Below are positions 1 through 9,959 of a stretch of 64,000 nt of DNA, one piece after another. This stretch comes from SAR92 bacterium BACL16 MAG-120619-bin48 (GTDB taxonomy: Bacteria; Pseudomonadota; Gammaproteobacteria; Pseudomonadales; Porticoccaceae): assembly GCA_001438605.1 (NCBI GenBank), contig LIDE01000017.1, positions 1,513 to 65,512 on the forward strand, written 5' to 3'. Position 1 is the stretch's first letter. Each line of letters opens with the position of its first letter. The notes beneath the pieces were generated by a model. The model was not told where the DNA came from, searched no databases, and worked only from the letters and a program-made list of their open reading frames with translations. The position numbers and the translations under genes are program-made.

Positions 1-412
1 TCGAGGAGAGTCCGTAGTTTACGGTGTGATAAAAAACATTGCCGACCAAGACGTCGCGCAGCATCGCCACCACAATCGTCGGGCGATGGAGCAGCTGCAC
101 TCCGCAGAATCTTGGAGTTTGGTCAACAGAGAAATGTTCTCTCTGCCAGAGCAACAGTCGATTGACCTGAGTTTAGCCACCGAAGTGATGCATTTTGGCG
201 CCTCTTATATCGGCGTAGAACATGAGTGGAAATACTGGTTAGAACAGTTTGAAGGGTTGCTGCGTAAAATGTACTGGGTGAGTGCCACGGTACATCTGGA
301 AACTGAGATGTCAGGTGTTCACTCCTTTGTATTTGCCACCAATGGCATGGGCCACAAGCCCAATCAATCGGATATTCAAATTCGCTGCGAATGGGTCAAA
401 GAGGCCGGTTAG
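1..412 (+). CDS. Hypothetical protein, probably 5'-truncated by the window edge
   Basis: The frame of ORF 26..412 stays open back to position 2. No recognisable motif. Confidence 0.55.
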   Translation, partial: RGESVVYGVIKNIADQDVAQHRHHNRRAMEQLHSAESWSLVNREMFSLPEQQSIDLSLATEVMHFGASYIGVEHEWKYWLEQFEGLLRKMYWVSATVHLETEMSGVHSFVFATNGMGHKPNQSDIQIRCEWVKEAG

Positions 413-470
413 CATAAGTCAGCCGCTTCGCACTGTCAGTGGCAAAGAGAAAACAGAAAGGGGAATCGGG

Positions 471-692
471 TTGAAAAAAACTGGACGAAACGCCATCAGG
501 CAGCGCTCAGCATGGCTCGCATCCATGTTTGGTTGCGCCGCATTTTTAGTGATGGCGGTAAAAATTTACCATGTTTCGCTCGGCGAATTATGGGGTAATT
601 TACTCACGGCACTGCTCGTGCTCGGCATAATTCTCGCCAGCGCCGCGACGCTTGTCTGGCTACTGGCGGCTATCCGCCGCTGGCGTAAATAG
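471..692 (+). CDS. Small membrane protein (~73 aa, two hydrophobic segments)
   Basis: TTG at 471 follows AAGGGGA, in frame with ORF 282..692. Two hydrophobic stretches and a basic C-terminus (IRRWRK). Abuts the MFS gene. Confidence 0.55.
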   Translation: MKKTGRNAIRQRSAWLASMFGCAAFLVMAVKIYHVSLGELWGNLLTALLVLGIILASAATLVWLLAAIRRWRK

Positions 693-1958
693 GTGGATTC
701 AAAAGCCTTTTCATTTCGCCATTATCTGGCAACCATCGGCACCAGCAACTTGGCTATGGGCCTGCACACCGTTCTCTACCCGTGGTTGGTGATAGGCGTA
801 CTCAACGAATCGCCGAGCCGCTTAGGTTTGGCGCAACTTGCCGTTCTATTGCCAAATTTACTCTTTATATTGCCCGGTGGTGTCATCTCTGACCGTCGTC
901 ATCGCGGCTCGTGGCTGTCGCGGCTGTATCTCTTGTACGCATTTCCAATTGCAATTTTGGCTGGGGCTGCAGCTTCGGGTGAACTGACATTTTCGCTCTT
1001 GCTGATGTTTGGTATGGCTTATGGCACTGTGTCGGCCTTTGTTCAGCCCGCGCGGGAGAGCCTGCTCGGCTATGCACCGCAAAATAGTATGCATCAGGCG
1101 GTGGCCAAGGCGGTCATGGTGCAATTTCTCGCGCAGGGTGTCGGTTTTATTCTGGCGGGACAGATCGATGAGATTGGCTTGACCACACTGTTGTGTGTGC
1201 AAATCAGTATGTTTGTGTTGAGTTCGTTGCTGATTAAGCGCAGCCACCCCGAGCAGGAAGTCGATGCGGAATTGTTGGCGACACTTGAGCGTCAACAGGA
1301 TGAGACAGAGGCGAATACTAAAGCGGTCAATAACAAGCAAACTCTGCGTGATCTACGCGCCAGTTTCGCACTATTTCTAACCGACAAACGGCTGCTGCAT
1401 CTCCTGCTGTTGGTCTCGGCGACCGGTTTTCTGGGGTTCGGTGTCTACCTCGTGGGCATGCCATTGCTCGCGAGCCAGTCCTACATGGGCGGCGCGGGTC
1501 TCTATGCGACATTTCAGGTCATTTTTACGCTAGGCATCGTCTCCGCTAACTTCCTCGTCAGTCGCCGAAAAGACACGTTCAAACGACCGGGTCGACTGAT
1601 GATTATCAGTTTTCTTGGCCGTGGCGCACTGGTCTGTGTTATCGCGACCGCGCCAAATTTTTGGTTACTGTTGCCCGCAATCTATATTTGGGGCGCGTTC
1701 TCAGGTATGTCCATGACGCTCGGGCGCACTATTTTACACAACCAAGTTCCCCATTCGCACCGCTCAAGAGCGGCGTCGGTCTATCAGCTGTGTCTGTTTG
1801 GGGGCGCGCCGATCGGCGCGTGGGCGTGTGGATTTGCCATCGAACATGTCGGTCTTACCCAGACATTTACCGCGATTGCTGTTATGACCATGGTCGTATC
1901 GATCGTCGCGGCGTTGGGCTCGCCGCTCTGGCATTTAAAGACCGTTAAAAGCGATTAA
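693..1958 (+). CDS. MFS transporter
   Basis: 421 aa with about 12 hydrophobic helices and an MFS motif-A-like GGVISDRRHR loop. Confidence 0.85.
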   Translation: MDSKAFSFRHYLATIGTSNLAMGLHTVLYPWLVIGVLNESPSRLGLAQLAVLLPNLLFILPGGVISDRRHRGSWLSRLYLLYAFPIAILAGAAASGELTFSLLLMFGMAYGTVSAFVQPARESLLGYAPQNSMHQAVAKAVMVQFLAQGVGFILAGQIDEIGLTTLLCVQISMFVLSSLLIKRSHPEQEVDAELLATLERQQDETEANTKAVNNKQTLRDLRASFALFLTDKRLLHLLLLVSATGFLGFGVYLVGMPLLASQSYMGGAGLYATFQVIFTLGIVSANFLVSRRKDTFKRPGRLMIISFLGRGALVCVIATAPNFWLLLPAIYIWGAFSGMSMTLGRTILHNQVPHSHRSRAASVYQLCLFGGAPIGAWACGFAIEHVGLTQTFTAIAVMTMVVSIVAALGSPLWHLKTVKSD

Positions 1959-2711
1959 TGCGGCTGTAATTGCCACATTCAGCGACTCAACACCGTTCGC
2001 CATAGGAATACCGACACGGTGATCACTGAGGGCCGCAACCTCGCGGCTTACCCCTTCAGTTTCATTGCCGAGGACATAGACAACAGGCGCTTTTGGTTTG
2101 AATTCTGTCAAGGGAACGGCCTGATGGGACGACAGCGTACAAATTTCAAAACCCTTCTGCTTAAACGCCTTCAGGGCAGCGACTAAACCGTCACAGCGCA
2201 AAATTGTCCCTTTAAAGAGAGTGCCAGCACTGGCTTTAATCACCAGTGGGCCAATATCCGCGCAGCCTTTACTCGGCAGCAATATGCCATGTGCGGGGCT
2301 GGCAGTGACACTGCGAATAATCATGCCTAAATTTTGCGGGTTAGTAATGCCATCGAGGGCAATAATAGGGCGCTGCCCCGCGTGAGGCATGTTCGCCAAG
2401 GCCTGTTCGTAGGGCTCGTAGCCCGCGCAATGAATATCGCAGGCAACGCCCTGATCCTGTTTGCTATTGCGGGAAATTCGCGCCAACTGCTCGCGGCTGT
2501 GATAGCAAATTTCTATATTGCGCTGACTCGCGGCAGCCTTAATTTGATCAATAATGCCGCCCGTGCGATTCGACTCCGCCAGATGTAAGCGAAATACTTG
2601 CAGCGATGTGTCAGTTAAAATCTCATAGACCGGATTGCGTCCATACACGGTAATAAGTCGATTAAAGAAGGATTTGCGAGCCAGATATTCGGCGCTATCA
2701 GGTTTATTCAT
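1935..2711 (-). CDS. SpoU/TrmH-family RNA 2'-O-methyltransferase (RlmB-like paralog)
   Basis: Motifs YGRNPV, LDGITNPQNLGMIIRS, VLGNETEGV and ESLNVA. Confidence 0.9.
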   Translation of the reverse strand: MNKPDSAEYLARKSFFNRLITVYGRNPVYEILTDTSLQVFRLHLAESNRTGGIIDQIKAAASQRNIEICYHSREQLARISRNSKQDQGVACDIHCAGYEPYEQALANMPHAGQRPIIALDGITNPQNLGMIIRSVTASPAHGILLPSKGCADIGPLVIKASAGTLFKGTILRCDGLVAALKAFKQKGFEICTLSSHQAVPLTEFKPKAPVVYVLGNETEGVSREVAALSDHRVGIPMANGVESLNVAITAALIAFNGL

Positions 2712-3606
2712 GGGGGCTGTCTCGATCTAATAAGCGGGCGATGGCATCTAATTGTGCCTTACTGGCATAGGGCTGTTGAGCGGCAATGCCAAGCGCTGCC
2801 GCGCCGAGGCTTGAGTAGATGGCACGCCAGTCTGGGTGCTGCTCAAGGCTCGCCAAATGACTGGCCACCGTGCTGCTGTCGCCCCTAGAAATAGGTCCGG
2901 TCAGCGCGGCAACAGGATTGCTCTTGAGATAATTAGAAAAAGTATTTTGCATCAGCGGCTGGAGAATCGTCCGACTCTCCTGTGCAGACACGCTTGCGGC
3001 TTCCAGCATTTGTTGGCTAACGGCCAGCAGACTGACAAGATTGTTAGAGGCCATTACCGTCGCGGCATGGTAGAGGGCTTTGTGCTGACGGTCGAGGGTA
3101 AAACAGCGGCCACCAATGGCGCTAAAAAGGCCCATCAAGCGCTGCGTGGCCACATCATCACCTTCCACCGCACAGGCGCTGCCGGCAAAGCTCAGCAGCG
3201 AGGCCTCTGGGTTGGCGAAGCTGTGGCTCGGATGAACAGAGGCGCGCAACACCTCTGTTGGTACCCCTAAAACCTCGGAGGAAAGCGCGCCCGAACAGTG
3301 CACAACAATATCGCCAGCCCGTAGCACGCCACTTTCGGTAAGTGCTGTCGCTACTGGTGCAATGGCGTGGTCCGGCGTAGCAATAAGCCAAATATCCGCC
3401 GGCAACAGGCTGTCAGTGCTAGTTGTAGGGGTGCCGCTGCCAATAAAAGCGACCGCAGATTCTGCGCTGCGTAGCGAGGTGTTGATAATTTGTTGCAGCT
3501 TGAGGGCAGAGCCCAACGCAGTTGCTGACATCAGTTTACACAGCGTTTTGCCGAGGCGGCCAGCGCCTATACACGAGAGAGTTAGCTGCGTTGGCGCGCT
3601 ACTCAA
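2704..3606 (-). CDS. Rossmann-like/DUF2520 oxidoreductase
   Basis: IGAGRLG, HCSGA, SVHP, YHAAxVMASN and LTGPISRGD motifs. Confidence 0.85.
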   Translation of the reverse strand: MSSAPTQLTLSCIGAGRLGKTLCKLMSATALGSALKLQQIINTSLRSAESAVAFIGSGTPTTSTDSLLPADIWLIATPDHAIAPVATALTESGVLRAGDIVVHCSGALSSEVLGVPTEVLRASVHPSHSFANPEASLLSFAGSACAVEGDDVATQRLMGLFSAIGGRCFTLDRQHKALYHAATVMASNNLVSLLAVSQQMLEAASVSAQESRTILQPLMQNTFSNYLKSNPVAALTGPISRGDSSTVASHLASLEQHPDWRAIYSSLGAAALGIAAQQPYASKAQLDAIARLLDRDSPHE

Positions 3607-3608
3607 GA

Positions 3609-4355
3609 TTAACCAAGCAGCGCTTTGTAGGCCCGCACTGCGCTGGCCATGCCCATCTCCAGCGAGTCGACGGTAAATGCGTGACCAATCGAGACCTCTA
3701 GCAGATCGGGAATAGTGGCGAATTTTCCGAGATTTAGCAGGTTAAGGTCATGCCCAGCGTTCACACCCATGCCCAATTCTGTGGCTAACATCGCTGCCGC
3801 AAAATGCTGTTGAAAAAGGGGCTCTAGCTGCTCAGTGCCCCACGCTGCGGCGTAGGGGCCGGTGTAAAGTTCGATGCGGTCGGCACCGACCTGCTTTGCG
3901 AGTTTTATCTGCTCAAGATCAGGGTCCATAAACAGGCTGACGCGCATGCCACGGTCTTGCAGTCGTTGGATAATTGGTTGCAGGGCATCCGCTGAATGGG
4001 TTAGATCAAAGCCGTGATCAGAGGTTAATTGGTCGTCGCCATCCGGCACTAATGTGCATTGATCCGGCTGCGTTTCTTCGACTAATTCAAGAAAGCCAGG
4101 ATAGCTGCCCATAGCCGGGGCGAAGGGATTGCCCTCAACATTGAATTCAATTCCCGCGACAGGGTTGACCAATGCTGCTAAGCGGCGCACATCGTCGGGA
4201 CGAATATGGCGCTGGTCTGGACGTGGGTGAACAGTGATGCCGTCGGCGCCATGGTCCATGCAGAGCTGCGCATACCTGACCACATCTGGATAATTACCCT
4301 CCCGCGAATTTCGAATTAGGGCTACTTTGTTGAGGTTAATACTTAAAGCAGTCAT
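3609..4355 (-). CDS. pdxJ: Pyridoxine 5'-phosphate synthase
   Basis: GITVHPRPDQRHI, RVSLFMDPD, ADRIELYTGPYA, VNAGHDL and EVSIGH motifs. Confidence 0.93.
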   Translation of the reverse strand: MTALSINLNKVALIRNSREGNYPDVVRYAQLCMDHGADGITVHPRPDQRHIRPDDVRRLAALVNPVAGIEFNVEGNPFAPAMGSYPGFLELVEETQPDQCTLVPDGDDQLTSDHGFDLTHSADALQPIIQRLQDRGMRVSLFMDPDLEQIKLAKQVGADRIELYTGPYAAAWGTEQLEPLFQQHFAAAMLATELGMGVNAGHDLNLLNLGKFATIPDLLEVSIGHAFTVDSLEMGMASAVRAYKALLG

Positions 4356-4399
4356 AGCGGTGGGGCCGTCTCAATCAGAAGTGAATGGTTACTGCGTGA

Positions 4400-5047
4400 T
4401 TATTTAATCGGAACAGGCATATTACGCGGTGGTTCAGGTTTTGGCTCTGGCAGCGCTTGCCAAGCGGCGGGATTGAGTAGGCGAGCGGTCAAAATACGCA
4501 CTGGTTCAACCGGTACATTTTGATAGTCACCAACAGTCTCAACATCAACTGCGGCAATCTTGTCGACCACTTGCATACCTGAAATAACAGCGCCAAACAC
4601 AGCATAACCGGCACTGGATTGGCTGCGATTGAGTGATTTATTGTTGCGATGATTGATAAAGAACTGCGCTTGAGCGCTGTCCGGATCAGCGGTGCGCGCC
4701 ATAGCAACGGTGCCGCGAGTGTTTTTTAGGCCATTCCCCGCTTCATTCACAATCGAAGGGCGACCCGATTCGCGATAGCTGAGATCGAATGTATGACCGC
4801 CAGTCTGAATCATAAAGCCGCGGATGACGCGATGAAAAATCAGGCCATCATAGTGAAAGTTATTGGTGTTTTTGATGAAGTTGTCGACAGTGACTGGCGC
4901 TTTATCAGCGTAAAGCTCTATCACAATATCACCCAAATCCGTGTGCAACAGCACCTGTGGGTTTTCCGCTTGCGCCTGTGTTAGAAAAACACAGCAGCTC
5001 AAAAACAGCGAGGCCGCCAGTCGAGTCACTTTGCGAATTACCATCAC
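4400..5047 (-). CDS. ppiA: Exported cyclophilin-type peptidyl-prolyl isomerase
   Basis: Signal-peptide-like N-terminus; FHRVIRGFMIQTGG, GTVAMART, QFFIN and GYAVFG motifs. Confidence 0.88.
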   Translation of the reverse strand: MMVIRKVTRLAASLFLSCCVFLTQAQAENPQVLLHTDLGDIVIELYADKAPVTVDNFIKNTNNFHYDGLIFHRVIRGFMIQTGGHTFDLSYRESGRPSIVNEAGNGLKNTRGTVAMARTADPDSAQAQFFINHRNNKSLNRSQSSAGYAVFGAVISGMQVVDKIAAVDVETVGDYQNVPVEPVRILTARLLNPAAWQALPEPKPEPPRNMPVPIK

Positions 5048-5066
5048 AAACTCCTTGGGTAGATTG

Positions 5067-5798
5067 CTACTGCCATTCAGAGAAACGTTTTCTGCCGCGC
5101 AGTTTTGGAATAAGAACCACTAAGATAGCGCCGAGAAACACAGTCAAACCGCCATACAAAAACGATTCATTGCGTTTGTCTTTTTGCAGGTCATCCACGT
5201 TGGCTTTCAGCGCGTCATTTTCACGCTGCAACATATGATTGTTTTTCACTAGCTGATCGTTCTGATTGTTTAGAGCAATCGCATCAGAAGAAATATTTTT
5301 AATCTCCGCTAACTCGCCGAACAACGCATCTTTGGCGCCTTCAGAGCTGTCCAGCTGACCGCGAATGGCTTTTATTTCCTCACGTGCTTCCGCCAGCATT
5401 TTCTCCAGTGCGGCATTGCGCTCGCCTAGGGTGCCCGACTGCGCTTCTATTTTGCTTAATTTAATGCGAGCGATAGGCTCTTGAACAAGGTATTGCTGCT
5501 CCATCCAGCCCTCAATACCCTTGTCGGTAATAACGTGTCCCCAGCCATCCACCGTCTCAATAAAGGTCATCTTAGTGCCGCTTTTAATTCCGCGATGAAC
5601 AATAGTGCAGCGTGAGCAGGGCGTTTCTCTCAGCGGTACGCGGAATACATCAGTCACATAAGCCACCGTGCCCTCTGGGTAGACAACTCTGGACGTGGCC
5701 TCGGCCACATCGTCATCGTCAGCCTCAGATTGTTGAGCAGTCGCGACAGAGGCCAGCGAGACAAAAAGCAGTGAAAATGCCAAAACAAAATAATTCAT
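5067..5798 (-). CDS. SH3-domain protein with coiled coil and C-terminal TM (TIGR04211/YgiM-like)
   Basis: Signal peptide, YVTDxFRVPLR, GxEGWM, coiled coil, C-terminal TM and RKRFSEW tail. Confidence 0.8.
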   Translation of the reverse strand: MNYFVLAFSLLFVSLASVATAQQSEADDDDVAEATSRVVYPEGTVAYVTDVFRVPLRETPCSRCTIVHRGIKSGTKMTFIETVDGWGHVITDKGIEGWMEQQYLVQEPIARIKLSKIEAQSGTLGERNAALEKMLAEAREEIKAIRGQLDSSEGAKDALFGELAEIKNISSDAIALNNQNDQLVKNNHMLQRENDALKANVDDLQKDKRNESFLYGGLTVFLGAILVVLIPKLRGRKRFSEWQ

Positions 5799-5883
5799 GA
5801 TTTTATCGGATGATCAGTTGAACGAAGGGGGATGATACCCTGATCAACGGCAAATGATAACCACTTGCCGCCTAAACAGAGTC

Positions 5884-6183
5884 TCAGGGTAAAACTTTCT
5901 TCAAGGGCTTCACGGTTACTTTTTTGTAGACCCCTGCGGCCATATAGGGATCGGCGTCAGCCCACTGCTGAGCATCGGCCAGCGAACTAAATTCGGCGAT
6001 CACCAAACTGCCGGTAAACCCGTCATCACCGGGATCCAGCGCGTCGATAGCTGGGTGCGGGCCTGCCACAAACAGTCGACCATCAGTTTTTAACTGCTGT
6101 AATCGTTCCAAATGTGCAGGGCGAGCCTGCATTCTCTTCGCGAGGCTGTTGTCAACGTCCTCACTCATAATCGCGTACCACAT
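5884..6183 (-). CDS. yciI: YciI family protein
   Basis: [22 protein letters not shown] and ADPY motifs. Confidence 0.92.
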   Translation of the reverse strand: MWYAIMSEDVDNSLAKRMQARPAHLERLQQLKTDGRLFVAGPHPAIDALDPGDDGFTGSLVIAEFSSLADAQQWADADPYMAAGVYKKVTVKPLKKVLP

Positions 6184-6194
6184 AGGTGTCAGCC

Positions 6195-6908
6195 TTATTT
6201 TTGTTTAATAATCTCTTCTAGCGGAATGCCAGTAATGCGCTTGATCCCGCGAAATAGGTAAAACATGTCGCCAATCATAACGATCATGGCGGGCACGGCA
6301 ATCACCGGAAAACTGAGTGCTGTCATCTTCCCCAATTGTTCGTTAAATGCCTGTGTGCCGGGGTCGGCGGTTAACATATACACCGCGAGAAAATAATTCA
6401 GTGCCGCCGATAATAGAAATGATCCCGCCAATATCCATGAAGCGTTTACCAGCAGCCGATTAAATTCTGGTTGACGGTTATTGGCTTGCAGCGCCGCCGC
6501 AATTTTGTCGGTCTCAAGAATAGCGTCATTGAGCAGCAACGTGTGAATCAGCGGTTGCGATGTTTTCAGCGACACCAGTGTTGCAGCGCCAAAGAGCAGC
6601 GGGATGCTGGCCTCTTTAATCGCAATGTAAATAGCGTCTAGCTCCATCAAGCTAATGCCGCCCGTCATGCTGACGCTAACAATGCCCAGCGCGGAGAAAA
6701 AGTTGAAAGTGCCGCGACTCAGAAAATCCCTCACTCCGTAAATAATCGGGAACGACAGCGCCACAATAATCGCCAACTTGATACCGAGATACTCTTCGCC
6801 ACTCAGTTTCGTCAGCACCAGAGTAGGGATCAGAATATTGAAGGCCATGTTTAACAACAGGCTCTCTTTTTTCGCAGGTTTTGTCGCGCCGTCAATGGTG
6901 CTAGTCAT
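6195..6908 (-). CDS. Inner-membrane protein (VC0807-like; at the ispZ/yciB position)
   Basis: Multiple TMs, IKEA motif, [16 protein letters not shown]; lies next to yciI. Confidence 0.7.
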   Translation of the reverse strand: MTSTIDGATKPAKKESLLLNMAFNILIPTLVLTKLSGEEYLGIKLAIIVALSFPIIYGVRDFLSRGTFNFFSALGIVSVSMTGGISLMELDAIYIAIKEASIPLLFGAATLVSLKTSQPLIHTLLLNDAILETDKIAAALQANNRQPEFNRLLVNASWILAGSFLLSAALNYFLAVYMLTADPGTQAFNEQLGKMTALSFPVIAVPAMIVMIGDMFYLFRGIKRITGIPLEEIIKQK

Positions 6909-7117
6909 AATCGCAAATCATAAAAAGGGACCGGCATTGTAACCACTCATCGCGGTTTGTCGATATGGTTCCTAATTATCGGCAAAAAACAGCAGGCTCC
7001 ATTCTTGGTGTTGCCACCCTGCCATCGTCGCAGAGTAAATATCTTTGATAAGCGTCAATTCCTCATCTATTAATAAAAGTATCGCAAATGGCGTTCTAAG
7101 GTTATTGCCTCCTTGTA

Positions 7118-7155
7118 TTTGGTTTATTTATAAAGGTTTGGTTTATTTATAAAGG
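7118..7155 (+). repeat. Perfect 19-bp tandem duplication TTTGGTTTATTTATAAAGG x2
   Basis: Copies at 7118-7136 and 7137-7155, ending 9 bp upstream of the ATG at 7165. Confidence 0.92.
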
Positions 7156-7164
7156 CAAAAAGAA

Positions 7165-8988
7165 ATGAAAAAGCCTGAAACTCCTCTCGCTGACCAACCC
7201 TCCGTGATCTTCGGCCCAAAAATGGCCGACCTATTAGTCGCCTACCTTAACCAACTCGGTGTCGAATATGTTTTTGGCGTACCTGGTGGTGCCATAGAGC
7301 CCCTGTATGACGCGTTAGCACGCAGTGAGCGCGAAGGAGGCTGCCGCGCGGTGGTTGCCCGCCACGAAACCGGCGCTGCTTTTATGGCTGAAGGCTATGC
7401 GCGCAACACAGGCAAGTTAGGTGTTTGCTGCTCCACCACTGGCCCGGGCGCAACCAATATGATCACTGGCGTTGCCTCGGCGTATGAAAACAATATACCG
7501 ATGCTGGTTATTACGGCTCAGACGGCGATTACGGCATTTGGTCGCGGTGCATTACAGGACTCTTCCTGCACAGGTGTAAACACTGTTGGTTTGTATCAAT
7601 ATTTCACTCGATACAATACGTTGGTTTCTCACGTCGATCAGTTTGAACACAAACTAATAGCCGCAGTTATGTCGGCTATGGGATCGCAGAGCGGCCCCGC
7701 GCATTTAAGTATCCCTCGCGATGTGATGGCATCCCAGTTAACGGTTTCTCAAGTAAGTTATCAGTTAAACCACATACTCGATAAGCCGATGCTAATCGAC
7801 GAAAAAGCCGTCAGCAAGTTTTACTCCGAGTTAAGTAATGCCAAAAACCCCGTATTCATTGTTGGCGATGAGGGGAGTGTGGCGATTGTGAGTATTCTCA
7901 ATCTAGCCTCACTGGTTGACGCAAAAATACTGGTGATGCCTCATGGGAAAGGATTGGTTAGTCCCTACCACCCCCTATTTATGGGCGTGGTGGGGTTCGC
8001 TGGGCACGCCTCTGCTAAAAGGCTCCTTGCTGATCCCAAAGTTGATTTAGTTGTCGCTATTGGAGCGCGGTTTGGTGAGTTTTCAAGTAATGCATGGGAT
8101 ACCAAAAGTTTACTCAATGGCAAGTTAGTGCATATTGAATCCACCGAATCGAATTTGACGCAAACCCCTATGGCGAAGCTTCACGTGAGAGGCTGCCTAG
8201 CAACAATTTTTAGCCATATCGATGATCAATATCGAAACGATCCGTGTCATAGGCTCAAAGTCGTAGCGCGTACCGAGCAAGAAGAAAAAATTGCCACGCT
8301 GTCTGACGAAGAGTTTTCAGCCAGTCTTAAAATGCATTTTGAGCTTGATAATATTCAAGCCTACAACTCAGAAGCTACGCCGATTAAACCTCAGCGCTTA
8401 ATGCGCGACTTACCTCGTTTGTTTCCTCCACATACACGCTATCTCGCTGACTGCGGTGCGAGCTTTGCGTGGGCAACGCATTATCTTCACCCGTTTGATC
8501 GGCGGTTAACAGGCATGCGAGGCAGCGCAGGACTTTTCAACATATCTATCGACTTTGCCTCGATGGGTTGGGCTATCGGGAGCGCAGTGGGTACCAGCTT
8601 AGCGATGAGAGAAACGCCGGTAGTGTGTATTACGGGTGATGGAAGTTGGCTAATGAGCGGTCAAGAGCTTACCGTCGCGATCGAACAAAAGTTAACTGTT
8701 ATTTTTATTATTCTTAATGACAGCGGGTATGGCATGGTGCGACACGGTCAAGCGCTAACGGGTGCTGAGGTGACTGCCAATACCATTGCTAAGGTTGATT
8801 TTTGCGCGCTAGCAAAAGCGATGGGCGCCCCCGGGCACATCATTTCTTCACCGGAAGATCTCGCGCAATTAAAAATGGACACCATATGCGCTCGGAAGGG
8901 GCCGACGGTACTGGATGTTAGAATTGATCGCACTGAAGCACCACCCATCTCCATGAGAACAAATGTGTTGAAGCTGCAACATGCCTAG
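7165..8988 (+). CDS. Thiamine-diphosphate-dependent enzyme (acetolactate-synthase-like superfamily)
   Basis: FGVPGG, RHETGAAFMAEGYAR, TTGPGATN and the ThDP motif GDGSWLMSGQEL...LNDSGYGMV. Confidence 0.9.
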   Translation: MKKPETPLADQPSVIFGPKMADLLVAYLNQLGVEYVFGVPGGAIEPLYDALARSEREGGCRAVVARHETGAAFMAEGYARNTGKLGVCCSTTGPGATNMITGVASAYENNIPMLVITAQTAITAFGRGALQDSSCTGVNTVGLYQYFTRYNTLVSHVDQFEHKLIAAVMSAMGSQSGPAHLSIPRDVMASQLTVSQVSYQLNHILDKPMLIDEKAVSKFYSELSNAKNPVFIVGDEGSVAIVSILNLASLVDAKILVMPHGKGLVSPYHPLFMGVVGFAGHASAKRLLADPKVDLVVAIGARFGEFSSNAWDTKSLLNGKLVHIESTESNLTQTPMAKLHVRGCLATIFSHIDDQYRNDPCHRLKVVARTEQEEKIATLSDEEFSASLKMHFELDNIQAYNSEATPIKPQRLMRDLPRLFPPHTRYLADCGASFAWATHYLHPFDRRLTGMRGSAGLFNISIDFASMGWAIGSAVGTSLAMRETPVVCITGDGSWLMSGQELTVAIEQKLTVIFIILNDSGYGMVRHGQALTGAEVTANTIAKVDFCALAKAMGAPGHIISSPEDLAQLKMDTICARKGPTVLDVRIDRTEAPPISMRTNVLKLQHA

Positions 8989-9886
8989 CGAACCCCTCGA
9001 GACAATAACCAGCAAAATTTGGAGCGAAACCCCTCAGCCGGACAATCCCTTTGCCGCCGCAGAATGCTATTGCGGCGGCTACAACGTCTACGGCGATCTG
9101 ATAAAAAATGCCAGCTTTATCGATTACTTATTCCTCCTATTCAAATTGACGGCACCCAAGCCACACCAGTCAGCAATACTCTCATCACTTGCCGTTGCTT
9201 TGGCTAATCCTGGCCCCCGAGATCACAGTGTGCGTGCCGCCATGAATGCAGGCGTGGGCGGTTCCACTCATCCCGCCGCGCTAATTGCAGCCATCTCGGT
9301 AGGTTCAGGTAATCTGGGTGGTGCCCGCGAAGTGTTTCACTGCATGGAATATTGGCAACACTGTCAGATAGATCTTAGTTCGTGGCTGCAGGTGATCAAA
9401 GAGCCCCCGCAAGAAGGGCGCATGGATGTTTGGTCGCCCATGGAGCACACGCCAGGATTTGACCCTCATGGCGTGACCTGCCCCAAGCCAGTGCAGCAGA
9501 CATTGGCGCATCTTTTTGAGGTAGGTCAAACACCTTGTCTCACTTGGTTGCAGGCCAATCGTGAGCAGCTTGAGCGTGCGGTGGGTTATCCATTGGCCTT
9601 TTCAGGCGTTGCCGCAGCAGCGTTTTACGACGATTTGTTAAAAATAGATCGTTCGTTTATTCGCGATATTGAATCTGACCCCAGCGACGTGGCAATCGTC
9701 ACCGGCATTGTTGCCCTCGCAAAAAGCCTCACGTTAAAAACCGTTGCAGAAGGCGTTGAAACAGAATCGCAGCGGGCGATTTTGCAGCGCTTGGGCTGCG
9801 ATAATTTTCAAGGCTACCTCGTCAGCAAGCCGCTGCCCGCAGACCTCTTTGCCGACACCTTTTTGAATCGCGAAAAGGTCATCTAA
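8981..9886 (+). pseudogene. Chimeric ORF: citrate-synthase/citryl-CoA-lyase-like N-terminal part fused in frame to the C-terminal end of an EAL domain
   Basis: N-terminal part has NPGPRDHSVRAAMNAGVGG and GFDPHG. After ~9630 it reads LKIDRSFIRDI...VAEGVET...LGCDNFQGYLVSKP, the EAL C-terminus. Confidence 0.75.
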
Positions 9887-9959
9887 ATCAACGCATCGCA
9901 CTGTTGTTATGGGATAATGCGCCCTAAACCGATCAACATACTTTGAGCCGAAGATAATC

